Origin: Octopus vulgaris
Lineage: Eukaryota
NCBI GenBank assembly: GCA_951406725.2
Contig: OX597824.1
Coordinates: 97,960,001-98,024,000 of the forward strand
Length of the DNA: 64,000 nucleotides
Reading direction: 5' to 3'
Positions within the stretch are counted from its first letter, which is position 1. Each line of letters begins with the position of its first letter. A model generated the notes under the pieces. It ran no database searches. It was not told where the DNA came from and saw only the letters and a list, made by a program, of their open reading frames with translations. The position numbers were made by a program, and so were the translations under genes. Below, piece after piece: positions 40,160 through 54,211 of the stretch.

Positions 40160-40965
40160 TTATCACAACATCACTATCATCATCAGCATTATTACGCCTA
40201 AAGCCTCACCACCGACACCACATTTACCTCCACCACCACCACCATTACCTCCACCGCCACTACTACCACGACCACCACCACAATCATCACCGATTCCACA
40301 ATCACCGCCATTAGCTCTACCATTACCACTACCACTACCACCACCGCCACCACCACCACCACCACCACCACCACCACCACTACCGCCATCACCACCACCG
40401 CCGCCACCACCGCCGCCACCACTACCACTACCACCACCGCCGCCACCACCACCACCACCACCACAACCACCACCACCACCACCACCACCACCACCACCAC
40501 CACCACTACCGCCATCACCACCACCACCACCACCGCCGCCACCACTACCACCACCACCACCGCCACCACCACCACCACCGCCACCACCACCACCACCACC
40601 ACCACCACCACCACCACCACCACCACCACCACCACCACCACCACCACCACCACCACCACCACTACCACCACCACTACCACCATCACCACCATCACCACCA
40701 CCACCACCACTACCACCACCACTACCACCACCACTACCACCATCACCACCATCACCACCACCACCACCACTACCACCACCACTACCACCACCACCACCGC
40801 CGCCGCCATCACCACCACCACTACCGCCGCGACCACCACCACCACCGTCATCACCACCACTACCATCGCCACGGCCGCCATCACCACCACTACCACCACC
40901 GCCGCGACCACCACCACCACTACCATCACCGCCACCACCGCCGCCACCATCGCCACGGCCGCCAT
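40160..40965. repeat. ~800-bp (CCA)n-type trinucleotide repeat
   Basis: Continuous CCA/CCG/CTA/TCA triplets with an internal 60-bp near-duplication (40681-40740 vs 40741-40800). Confidence 0.95.
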
Positions 40966-41524
40966 TCCTCCATGGTCTCATGAAGCGATGCCATGTAAAT
41001 CACTCTAATGGAATGTGAGAGAAATGTCTGCAAGTGGTAATTCCGATTCCTTCCCTGACATTCCGACACAATATTGAACAGTGGCTGGCTGGCTGGCTGG
41101 CTGGCTGCAGCAATCAGACAGAGCGTGAGGTATTCGGAAGGCGGAGGGGGGGTGGAGTGGATCAAAGAAGGGGGGAGGTGTCCAGATATGGGGGGGAGGT
41201 GAGAAGGAGGATGGAGGTGGGGCACCGAACATGCGGGGGTGGGGGTGGGGGAGGAGTGGGAAGAAGTCGTTTTGTTCAGGAAGGAATTTCCCTTGGAAGT
41301 GGCAAGTGACGAGGGGGGGGGAGAATACTGGTGGTGGGAGGAGGAGGAGGAGGAGGAGGAGGGAGTGATAAAGTGGTGGGAGAGAGGAGAGGGGGAGATG
41401 CTGGGCATTGTGGTGAGGTGTTGGGGATTGGCGGGGGTGGGGAAGAAATGCATTTAAAGCCGGATAATCGCATTTATAAGAATAAATAATACAGAATTGC
41501 AGGACTTATTTAATAGTGTGTGCG

Positions 41525-41572
<48 letters not shown>

Positions 41573-41901
41573 TATATATGTACATGCATTTACATGTATG
41601 TATGTATAAACACATACATAAGTTTATATATATATGTGAATTTATAGATATGTACATACATATATGTGTGTGTGTGTGTGTGTGTGTTTTGTGTGTCTGC
41701 ATATATAAATTGCTAAACGGACAGATAGACAGCAGACACAGACAGACATGCAGACAGACAGGCTGATAGACAGATAAACTGATTGACTGACTGATAAACA
41801 TTTAGGTATCCATACCCATATATGCATGTATATATACATATAGATGCAGGTACGTACATATATGTATGTATATATGCATGCTTTATTTATTATTTTGTTA
41901 T

Positions 41902-41942
<41 letters not shown>

Positions 41943-42094
41943 GCACATATATATATATATGTATGTATATATGTATATATATATAGAGAGAGAGAGAGTG
42001 AGAGAAAGAGACGTATACATGCATATATGCATAAATATGTACATATACACAGATATGCATACGCACGCACACACATTTGTATATACTAATATAT

Positions 42095-42151
<57 letters not shown>

Positions 42152-42177
42152 CATCAACCTGTTTAGAAATAAGCGCT

Positions 42178-42216
<39 letters not shown>

Positions 42217-42468
42217 GCATATACAAATACACATATAAATATAAATACATACATATGCACACGCATAGACGTACACGCACATACATACACACACACATAC
42301 ATACATACATACACAGACATACATGGATACACATACACACATATACATATATGCCTATGTATATATGAGAGCTGAGATTACTGCTGGTTACTCATCAGTG
42401 AATCAAACCAGACACCACTCTAATGACGACTCTAATAGCCAACATTCTATTCTCGCTTGGGTCTCTCC

Positions 42469-42504
<36 letters not shown>

Positions 42505-43270
42505 CTCCTCTCTCTCTCTCTTTCTTTCTCTCTCTTATTCTCTCTCTCCACCCCTCTCTCTCTCTCTTTCCCTTTGTAAATTCGAACACAGACACATATA
42601 CACATATACGAAGACAGGAGACTGGAGAACGTGTTGGTGTTATTTATGCACCATTACGCACGTTCCGTTTGCTAATAGGAGTTACTAAATTGTAGATGGA
42701 GTAGAAAACAAGGAAGATGTCTCCGACTGGAAATCCTTTAGACAGAGAATAACAGAATGCACTTATGGATATCTCACACAGATGTAACATCTGCATACGG
42801 ATTTGGAATAATGCAAGAAGCAGAGATTCTTCAAGACATCACAACTTAGATTCTAACCCTATGTATACAACCACACGCGCACACACAAACACTCACACAC
42901 ACACAGGTACACACACACAAACACACACACGCACGCATACACTCACACACACACAGGTAGACACACACACAGACATATGATTATACTTGTGTGTGTTTGT
43001 ATACAAATATATGAGTGCGCATATATCAGAGAGCATATATAAATGTATGCGTATCCAATGTGTGTATGGAGGTCGGTTTTATATAATTGTGTGTATATTT
43101 ATATGTTCATATGCGTATATGTATTCCTATATATATGTGCATGTGTGTGTGTGTGTGTATATGTATAAATATGAGTATGTGTATGCACGAGAAGGCAGAT
43201 ATATATATATATATGTGCGTGTGTGTGTGCGTGTGTATTTATATATCTAAATCTACATCTATTCAACGAG

Positions 43271-43303
<33 letters not shown>

Positions 43304-43384
43304 CAAGCATACACACATTTGTATATTCATATATATATGGTTATATGTATATCTATCTGTCCTACATATATATGTAGATAGATA

Positions 43385-43432
<48 letters not shown>

Positions 43433-44266
43433 TACATGCATACATACATACAAGCATACATACATACATACATACATACATACATACATACAAGCATACA
43501 TACATACATACATACATACATACAAGCATACATACATACATACATACACGTGTTCTTGAGCTTGTGTTTGTTTTTATGTACATATGTATGTGTATGTGTG
43601 GGTGGTGGGTGCATGGTGACATTAATTTCAAAGAAATAGGGTACAAAAACTGGGTCCACCCAAAACTTTCGACTTTGTTTTCCTCACCTCCTCCCCTTCT
43701 CTTAATCCCCTCGACCATGATGGCCACCAATAATCCTGAATGTCACTCATAATTAATCGCCGTAATTAACGCCGGTTGATACTCCCCAAATGACAGCTGG
43801 ATGCTGGCTTTCCAAAGATTCCAGTAAGGGTCTCCTTCAACTCCCTGCCACAATCCGTAGTGCAACGCACAAAATAAGTGTCTTTTATGCCTGAGTTCAA
43901 ATCCCGCCGATGTGAACTTTGCCTTTCATCTTTCCGAGGTCATTTAGTACCAGTGAAGTATTTGTAGGGATCTCCCAAAATAGCTGACCTTTGGCCTGTG
44001 TCGCAGAATCATCAGAGTGTCAGACAAGCCATCTTTTAGTTCTTGTTCAGGCTGTTCTGAGTTCAAATCCCAGCACGGTAAATTTTGTCTTTTATGTTTC
44101 TGGGTCCGACATAATACAATACCAGTCAAACATTGCGGCTACATTCTTCTCTCAAATTTGAGCTCTCTTGCTGTGCTAGAAATCTTAATCATTTTCAACA
44201 TTTCTGTAAGTTCCTTCAGTACCATCGGGTGTACCTTTTCCTCTGGAAATACGTGGAGCATTGGTC

Positions 44267-44317
<51 letters not shown>

Positions 44318-44443
44318 CAGCAGTAGTAGTAGTATTAGTAGTAGTAGCAATTCGTGTGTGTGTGTTTGTTTGTACTACCTCTGTTTTGCTTTGTTTCGTG
44401 GTTTCTTTTGTGGTCTCTCGTGCTAATGCAGTTGCGTTTTGTT

Positions 44444-44477
<34 letters not shown>

Positions 44478-44481
<4 letters not shown>

Positions 44482-44850
44482 GGGCGGCGTGGCTTAGTGA
44501 TGAGCGGTATTCGGTTCACGATTGCAAGGCCGTGTGTTCGATTCCTGACGGCGGCGCATTTCTCCTTGAACATGAAACTTTGTTTCGCGTTGCTCCAGTC
44601 CGTTCAAGTGACGAAAGTAAGTTGTACCAGTAATTCAAAGGGGGCCGGCCCTGTCACATTCTGTGTCGTACTAAGTGACCCTCAGAACTACGTTGTTAGG
44701 GGTTCACATATCTGTGACGTGCTTAGCGGTAAAAGTGTGGGGCTTAGCGGTAAAAGCTCGCGATTGTGAAGTTGTGAGTTCGAAAGTCGGTGGTACGCTG
44801 TGTCCTTGAGCAAGACACTTCATCTCATGCTACTCCATTTATCACACGAA
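44478..44850 (+). mobile_element. CORE-like SINE (family D) followed by a second truncated head
   Basis: ggcgtggcttagtg...gtgttcgattcc...gttgctccagtcc; the second head reads ggcttagcggtaa...gagttcgaa...gtgtccttgagcaagacactt. Confidence 0.75.
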
Positions 44851-44953
44851 AACACACATCTGCACCGTCGGATGCTCCCGAAGCAGATGTTAAGTATCCC
44901 ACACGGGATTAATAAGAATTCTCCTATCTTCCATCTTCCGTCTGTCATTTACC

Positions 44954-45040
<87 letters not shown>

Positions 45041-45314
45041 GTAGGGGAGGGTGTCTGTGTGGCCATCCTCTCAGAGGAGTTAGTGCATCAACTTGACTTC
45101 AGTCCATCTTATTCTATCGCAGGATTTTTGTCGAATTTTTAAGGATATAAACAAAGCAGCGACAAACACTCACACACACACACACACAATTATGTATGTG
45201 TGTATGTATACATATTACAAATACATACATACACATGCATGGATGTATGTATGCATATATGTATGTATATGCATATGCCTCTATTCTGTATGCGTGTGCG
45301 AGCACGCGTGTATT

Positions 45315-45386
<72 letters not shown>

Positions 45387-45881
45387 TGTGTATTTATGTA
45401 TGTATGTATATTTATATATATTTATATTATACACACACACACACACACGCATACACACACACACACACGCACTCACACGCACACATGCATGGAGGATTGT
45501 GTCTCCATATTGTGCGTTTTGCCTTTGTGTGCGTAAGTGCGCCTGCGCCGCGATCGTTGGGAGTGTCACTAAGAAGGAGCAGCTCGTGAAAAGATAAATC
45601 TGTGTGATCCATTGTAGGGTCCAGTTAGTGGGCGGAGCGATAGGGGTTGGCAGGGGGTGGGGTTGAACCGGGAATATATTTAAAAGAAGAACACCTGGAG
45701 GTTAGCCTCGCTGTTTCTGTTGAAGAGACGGCGCCGCCGGAAACCAAAGAGGACTAAACACAGCTGAACATATTTCCTCGTTAAACTGAATGGTGACGCC
45801 GTGCCACGGGCACGGGCATTCGAACGTCACCGACACCAAGACTTAACGTCTTAGTTAAGTCCTTTTATTAAAGCATTGCCA

Positions 45882-46325
<444 letters not shown>

Positions 46326-47084
46326 TATGGACATAAGCGCTGAGAACTTTGGAAACATTAGAAACGTGAATTACGAACGAAAGGCAATAAGGATTTTTTT
46401 ACATGGAGTAAAAGGGTGCGACGAACAATAATTCGATAATGATAAATAAATGGTTTACTCTCACAATTTAGAAGAAAGGAAGAAGCCAATAAACAGTAAA
46501 AAGCAAGGATCCCTAAAGCTGGGGATCAACTACATAGAGGGGTTTTTGTCCCCAATTTACTCAAACCCTGATTACCTCGTTACTAACAAAATGGCTACAG
46601 CAGCATCGTTAGTCAAGGTCCATTCAACCACTCCAATTTCGTCACTGGGAATATTCCCAGAATGCTACAGTATACAGCTAACAAAACTGAAGGGAACAAT
46701 CTCTGGCATTGAGTAATACATTCAGTTGACCAATTCCAGCCATTTTCTCTGCCTATCGCCACTCAACACATCTGCTGCTACGCAATCGGCTGAAATCGGT
46801 TTCTTTTATGGCGAGTCTCAACAATGGCGAGTCTCAGCAATGGCGAGTCGCAACAAACGGCCGAGGTACAGACATTGAAGTTTATCACCTGCTGACCAGT
46901 CCAGTATTTATTTGCACTCGGGTAGCACCGAACTCTCTGCATCCTCGTCTGCCCCACCACTCGGCAATTTTGGAACGTTTTCTTATCTTCGAGGGAAAGA
47001 TTGTTTTAGTTTGCAGCGCCCGCTCCCCGTAAACGTAATGGAGGTTCGTGTCTTTTTGAGGAGTACCGTCGGTTCGCGATTAAC

Positions 47085-47755
47085 TCTACAGGAACACAAA
47101 CGCTGTCAGACGCGCGAGTGACGAAACCGTTCTGGACGCCCTCGTGCAGTCTCTGAGTATTTGTGGAACGGCTGTTACTACATGTGGGAAGAGCACGGTT
47201 ATCGCACAAATCCATGGTAAGGATCACCCCACCATTAAAAAAGCAGAGCTGGCGATATTCCTCCGTCTAGTGGCAATGGCGAAAGAGATCATGTGGTGGA
47301 CAAGGCTGAAAGGTTGTAGGAAAGGCACCTTCCTCCCCGCTCAAGCTCTCATCGGTTTTTAAGTTTCACTTGCAACGGAAAGTGAGGATGAAGAGGCAAG
47401 TGCTAACTCCTAATGAATTTGTGAAAAGATGGGTGACTGACAAAAACGGTCAGAGTGAATGGCCCTGCTCTAAGCATGCACCTATAGATTGAAGGGCAAC
47501 AGTTGGGAGGAGGTTTGTGCCTTTGTTGTTCAGGGGTCTGTAGGATATCTTGATTGGCCCTAGCTGGAGTTCTCCTGTATCAGGACGTCTGCATCATTCT
47601 TGTTATCACATATCTTATATGTTATATATACTCCCATCGCATCTCGTCGTCTTTTCCATTTCTTTCTCATCTTTTATGTAAAACCGCACACAAATTGTTG
47701 TTTGTCCTTGTGATGTCTCCTTCATCTATGCCCCTGTGGCTAATAAAAGAAATCC

Positions 47756-47800
<45 letters not shown>
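47085..47800 (+). mobile_element. Tx1/L1-clade LINE 3' end with 3'UTR, AATAAA and (TAT)n
   Basis: SDETVLDALVQ is a degenerate zf-RVT ET..H motif. Then AIFLRLVAMAKEIMWWTRLKG and FHLQRKVRMKRQVL..EFVKRW...LSMHL*. The UTR ends gcccctgtggctaataaaagaaat. Confidence 0.8.
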
Positions 47801-47802
<2 letters not shown>

Positions 47803-48120
47803 GACGACCACTTATTCCCTCTCTTCCGTTCTTCATTGCCACTTGCTTCACATCTCCGCTTCCCTTTTTTTAATAATTCTTTCACGAAAATTCCCAACAA
47901 AACATTCAATTCTTACCTCACCCTATCACCTCTGCTACCACATCTCCCTCTTCCAGTCCTTCTTATCCCCTCTCCATCTCTCTGTCTCTGTCTCTGTCTG
48001 TCTCTTTGTTTCTCTCTCTCTATCTCTCTATCTATCTGTTTCTCCTTCTTTCATTCTCTTAACTTTCACTTTCATCTAACCCCCATCACCACCCTGTCTT
48101 CCTCTCATTCATCGCAACCA

Positions 48121-48157
<37 letters not shown>

Positions 48158-48855
48158 GATCTCTCTTTCTCCCTCTTTCCCTTCTCACCCATTTCCTCAT
48201 CAACTCTTCTCTGTCGTTTTTACCCGCCCAGACACACATACACCATTATTAGTTACCATCGTAATCCACATCATCATCATCATCATCGTCGTTATCATCA
48301 TCATCGTCACCATCGTCATCACCATCATCATCATCGTCGTCACCATCGTCAACGTGCCCATCATCATCATTACCAACATTCCTATCGTCATCTTCCTCCA
48401 CCTCCACCTCTTCCTCTCCTCCTCCTTATCATCATCATCATCGTCGTCGTCACCATCATCATCATCATCATCATCATCATCATTACCAACACTCCTATCA
48501 TCATCCTCTTCCGCCTTCTACTTCTCCTCCTCTCCACCTCCTCCCCATCATCATCATCATCATCATCAGTATTGCACGTGGTTTCTGCCAGCGCTATCAG
48601 TTTACAGTTGTCAATGAGGTATATAATTATGGAGTTGAGTGGGTGTTGATGGACAAACATTACTGAGCTGGTTTGGTGGGTGGGGGCAGAATGGTACTAA
48701 GTGGTGGGGTAGCCCGATTGGTCGGTGAGGAGGAATCTGGAAAGGCAAGCGTAAAGAATGTAGGTTGACAGTTGTATTGTTAATAATACTTGTGATACGC
48801 ACGCACATAACATGCAATGTATACACACGATATATATATCACATATATATATAAC

Positions 48856-48888
<33 letters not shown>

Positions 48889-49016
48889 TCACATATATAT
48901 AACATACATACATATGATATATATATATACATATATATATATACGTATATATGTGTGTGTGTATGTGTGTACTTATATATGTGTGTGTGTATGTGTGTGT
49001 ATAAATATTTATATAC

Positions 49017-49056
<40 letters not shown>

Positions 49057-49078
49057 TATGTATGTATGTTATATATAT

Positions 49079-49115
<37 letters not shown>

Positions 49116-49159
49116 GTATATATGTGTGTGTGTATGTGTGTGTATAAATATTTATATAC

Positions 49160-49199
<40 letters not shown>

Positions 49200-49214
49200 C
49201 ACACACACATACAT

Positions 49215-49335
49215 GGAAGAGCGTAGGCTCGAAACGTTAAAGACTTTTTCAGTTCCCGAGCGTTATACTAATGCATCTGTTTGTTGTCTACACCACCTGT
49301 CTTCGTCTTTTGTTGTTTTTTGTGAATTCTTCCAA
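49215..49335 (+). repeat. Second copy of the variant-hammerhead repeat
   Basis: gaagagcgtaggctcgaaacgttaaagactttttcagttcccgagcg, homologous to 31110-31230 and ending at (TA)n. Confidence 0.7.
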
Positions 49336-49783
49336 TATATATATATATACTCACACACATGTATGTATGTATGTATGTATGTATGTATGTATGTATGTAT
49401 GTATGTATGTATGTATGTGTACATGTATGTTAAGGAATACTGAATGCCAATTGGTTACCTGAATCCTACAAATGCATTGAAATGGACGGTTTTCCTGAAA
49501 GGAAATTATTCCATAGAAACTGAAATTCCAGGAAGAAAGTGTTCACGGAATATAAACTCTGTAAGCCTTAGAAATGGGTTGTGGGCATTACATTTGCTGT
49601 TTCAGTACGATCGTTTCGGCTCTACATGGTTCAGGTAAACCATTGACATAATTAATGATTAGGTAATATTGCAACATATTACATAATCATTCTTTATAAT
49701 CGTGTTCGGTCTTCACCATTTTTTTGAAACGATCATATCGGAGGAATAAATGCAACACCCCCACTCCATGCTTGGATTCACTG

Positions 49784-49843
<60 letters not shown>

Positions 49844-50214
49844 CTAGCAGTATCGCCCGGCGTTGCTCAGGTTTGTAAGGGAAATAACTATAAAGCATTT
49901 TTAGAGAGTTATAGCCAAAAAATGGAAAAAAATATGGTAAATTTTTTTTGAGAGTTAAAAAAGGATGGAGTTGCGTCCCCTAGATAGTTTGTTGTTCGTG
50001 TTTCTGATTCTCGACCCCATGTCGAATTTATCGATTTTTTTCAGAACTGGGGGAACTTTTCAAAATTTTGGCTGCGTTAGTTTTGAATTATGACATTGGG
50101 CTATGTGTGTGTCAAGTTTCATCAGAATCGGTTGAAAGCCGTGGTCAGGGTGAGGGTACAAGCAAACAGACACACAGAAACACGCACAGACAAACTGCCG
50201 TTTATATATAGAGA
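49844..50214 (-). mobile_element. Non-autonomous Helitron
   Basis: Minus strand A|TC...cctgagcaacgccggg-cgatactgCTAG|T has canonical termini, a subterminal hairpin and an AT target. It is inserted in (TA)n. Confidence 0.85.
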
Positions 50215-50231
50215 TATATATATATATATAT

Positions 50232-50280
<49 letters not shown>

Positions 50281-50794
50281 GGAATATTGGATTAATTATA
50301 GGAATTTCGTTATTTTCTTTCTCTTTACCATATACGGGTTGCAAATTCTGTCTGTTTGTGGAAACTTTTTTACTAGTAGGAGAAATGGTGATCTACTTGG
50401 CTGCCATTTCTAATATTTTCGGTATGTGGTTTGGAGCAACTTGTTGGAATTAACCCTTTATTATAATTAATATAATCCTTACCAAATATGGTCTTTTCCA
50501 TACCGATAAAACTACTAGGTGAAATTTATTAATTTTATTAGATTAATTATATTTCACCCTTTTTGTATATTGAATACTATATATATATATGAGAGAGATA
50601 GAGAGAGGGGGTAGGGAAGGAGGATGAGCACGGGAGAGAAAAAGTCACAGATAAATCATGTGATTTGAAACTCAAATTACACAAGTAGGCAATATTTAGA
50701 CCTTCATGCTTATTTCTTAATAGCTGAATGAAAATCCAGAGGAGAATTCGTATCATTGTCTGGTTGGAATCCACGGTTCTTTATCAGGGTACAC

Positions 50795-51095
50795 ATATAT
50801 AAGATAGAACAGGTGAAACTGGTTATAAAATATTTAAGTGCATTGTCTCACATGCATTTTTCATTAACGAAAAATAATTATCAATGATATAATGTTAATT
50901 ATATATTCAAATTGCTTTGGATTAGAGAGATTATTGTCCACAGCGGTTCAACAAACAACTGTCAGTAATCTGCTGAACGAAGTTGATTAAATAATTTATA
51001 TTTATATAACTGATAAACATTTTCTGTTAATGAAATACGCGTAAGATGCTGTAGCTGAATATTCTCTAAACAATCTCTCGTGTTTTATTATATAT
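50795..51095. repeat. Old fold-back element (~105-bp degenerate arms) with half-hammerhead motif
   Basis: Left arm ...tttcattaacgaaaaataattatcaatgatataa vs rc right arm ...tttcattaacagaaaatgtttatcagttatataa. The right arm has GAAATACGCGTAag at 51032. Confidence 0.65.
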
Positions 51096-51161
51096 CTTAG
51101 TACACACACACACACACACACACACAGCCACACACACACACATAGACACGTATATTTTTGA

Positions 51162-51362
51162 TACTCTTTACTCTCTTACTCGTTTCAGTCATTTGACTGC
51201 GACCATGCTGGAGCACCGCCTTTAGTCGAGCAAATCGAACCAGGACTTATTTTTTGTAAAGCCTAGTACTTATTCTATCAGTCACTTTTGCCGAACTGCT
51301 AAGCTACAGGGACGTAAATATACCAGTATCGGTTGTCGAACGATGTTTGGGGACAAACACAG

Positions 51363-51453
<91 letters not shown>

Positions 51454-51568
51454 CGGTTTACCAAATCAGCCCGAGGCTATAGTAGAAGACACTTGTCCAA
51501 GGTGCCACGCAGTGGGACTGAACCCGGAACCATGTGGTTGGTAAGCAAGCTACTTAACACACAGCCTA
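51162..51568 (-). mobile_element. SINE family B, near full length
   Basis: Colinear with 21033-21434, with an expanded internal (TA)n(TG)n. Confidence 0.92.
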
Positions 51569-52126
51569 CAATGTATAAAAGATTTTAAAAAGAAGTACTG
51601 TTAAACTATTTTAGCCCTCTCGCTCGAGAATATTACATAAATGATATCTTCCCAGTTAAAATAAACTCGTATAGTACTGATATTTGGCCCCAGATTAATG
51701 TCCCCCAGATCTAGTTGTGGTTGACTGAAACCCCTAAATTGTCACATTGCTTCCAGATGTCAGCACTAAAAAAGCTGAACAATGTAATGTGCTAACGAGA
51801 ACCTGAAAGAAGATATAATTAGGCGCCTATCAGTAAATGAGTTCCTGTATGGATGCACCTAACACCTCTTTAGATTTAGTTACCAGGCACAGAACACGAT
51901 GGCATAATCGAGAAATCAGTAATGCTTGAAAGAAACAAGCATAGATTACCCCATTCTGCGACGGTAATTCTTGGTTCCAACTACACCTCGAAGAGTCAAA
52001 GGAACACTGCATGATACATATGCCGAGGAAGCAATACAGAACCTCCTTGTGGTTGCAAAATTTCTGAATAAACCGAGAAAAGCTACAAATGCAGGCATAA
52101 AATTTATTCATCTTTCTGTCATAGAC

Positions 52127-52382
52127 CAGTGGCTCTTAACCAGGGGCCATATGAACTTTGGGGGTCCACATAAGATTCTCCTGTTGAAATTTATCTGCAA
52201 TAAGTTGGTTAGGCGTCTACAATGCACAAAATATTTTAGCATTTTTCATACAGTTCTTAATAATATTTAATTATAAAAGTAAATAGGATTTTCTTTAAAA
52301 CATCGAGTGGGTATGAGGGTCCATCCGAGTAAATAGGAATAAAAAGGGTCCATAGGTAAAAAAAAAAGGTTGAGGACCCTAG
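52127..52382. mobile_element. hAT (Charlie-like) MITE
   Basis: Termini CAGTGGCTCTTAACC and GGTTGAGGACCCTAG; degenerate 8-bp TSD tcatagac/ttacagat. Confidence 0.7.
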
Positions 52383-53877
52383 TTACAGATCATCCTAAGA
52401 CTCAGCAATGTAATATTCTCAGCCAAGAAAGGAAATATTCCTTGGGGTTTCGTCGACTTCATTATGTACACTACACGGTACTACAGCCCATACACGTAAC
52501 ATAACAGAACAATGTACAGGGATATCCACTTCTAATACAGACATTGTTTATACTGGCGCCCCACCCGCGTCGTCATTGCGCATGTCACCCATAATGCAAC
52601 ATTCGGTGGAACCTTGGTGAATGTAGCCCAGATATGTCTGCCACTGGCATAGTTTACACAATTAACCCTAATTATCGTGGGTCGCTTATATCTTCATTAG
52701 CAATTAAACTATCAACATAACCATCCCTTCCATTAGAACTCTTATCACTTACATCATCATCATCATCGCTATCGTCATCGTCATCATCATCATCCTCATC
52801 ATCATCATCATCGTCTTCACCTGCAGCAGCAGCAGCAACATTATCATCATCAACATTTTCAACATTACTAAAAAACCCCACAATCAACATTATCAACACG
52901 TTGAAGAAAAGCTGTGATGGGGGTGGGGGTGAATTGAATAAAAAGTCAAGTAAAAAATAAAGTGGTGATAAAATAAATGATTCCCCCACCCACCCCCACC
53001 CACCAAAAAATAGATGAACAAACAACACCCACACCCCCACCCCTGAATCTATGTGATTTTCTTCTGCATGCGCATGTATGTGTTTGCGTGTAGGTATATA
53101 CGTATCTGTATGTGTGTGTTCGTGTGTGTGCGTGTTTACATGTCTAGCATAGTTCTGTGTTGTATGTGAATCCGTAGCTTTGTCAACATTCAACACCTCC
53201 ACCCCTTCCTTTCCCCTCACACTACTTCCTTTACCATCACCACCACCACCACCACCTCCTTTGCTTTTACTCCCCCACTTCCACCTCATCACTCACCATC
53301 CCCACCTACACCATCGCCCTCAGACTCGCTGACATCGGAAATTCCTCTTCAACCATTCCTATATCCCCGTCATCACGAACGCCTATAAACACTCCACTAC
53401 CACCACCACCACCACCACCTTCGACACTCTCTACACCTCCCCCTTCTCCAACACCCACCACACCAGGTAACTAATGTAGGATCTATTTTTCGGCCTATTC
53501 TCGCACTACGTAACTAAACACAACATTCATCTGGCCTTTATCCGAAACAAAATACATTTTGTCGGACTAACAATCGTATTTTATCCCCAGAACATCTGGC
53601 TTTGAGTTGTTTCTTCTACGCGGCCTGTTAATGTTCCATTAGATTCCATCTACAGCAATATACACGCGCGCGCGCACATTATTATATAGCTTGTTGTGAA
53701 GTCAAATTTATTGTAAATTTCGAGTCGGCCATGATATTAAGTTTCTTCTTATCAGCTAATTCAAGCAGCATGACACCGATGCATCAAGTCTCGGCCAACC
53801 CGAACAGCAGAGCAATCAGCCACCAACTCCTTTCCTCTGTAAATTGCCTGAACAAGGAATCCGAAGCCTGGAATATT

Positions 53878-54211
53878 CTTTTCTACTCTAGGCACAAGGC
53901 CCGAAATTTTTAGGGAGGGGGCCAGTCGAAGTCGACGTCGGCGGAATTTGAACTCAGAATGTAAAGACAGACGAAATACTCATTTCTTTATTACCCACAA
54001 GAGGCTAAACACAGAGGGACAAACAAGGACAGGCAAACGGATTAAGTCAATTATATCGACCCCAGTGCGTAACTGGTACTTATTTCATTGACTCCGAAAA
54101 GATGAAAGGCAAAGTCGACCTCGGTGGAATTTGAACTCAGAACGTAACGGCAGACGAAATACTGCTAAGCATTTCACCCGGCGTGCTAACGAGTCTGCCA
54201 GCTCGCCGCCT
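53878..54211 (-). mobile_element. SINE family A, dimeric form
   Basis: Same architecture as 21803-22198; 18-bp TSD tccgaagcctg(g/a)aatatt at 53860-53877 and 54212-54229. Confidence 0.92.

Noticed and set aside
40163-40981. 272-aa glycine-rich ORF on the minus strand
   Set aside because: It is the translation of a (GGT)n repeat; other frames are also open, and there is no signal peptide or unique domain.
51780-52110. Coding-like unique segment
   Set aside because: Short broken ORFs with no recognisable family.
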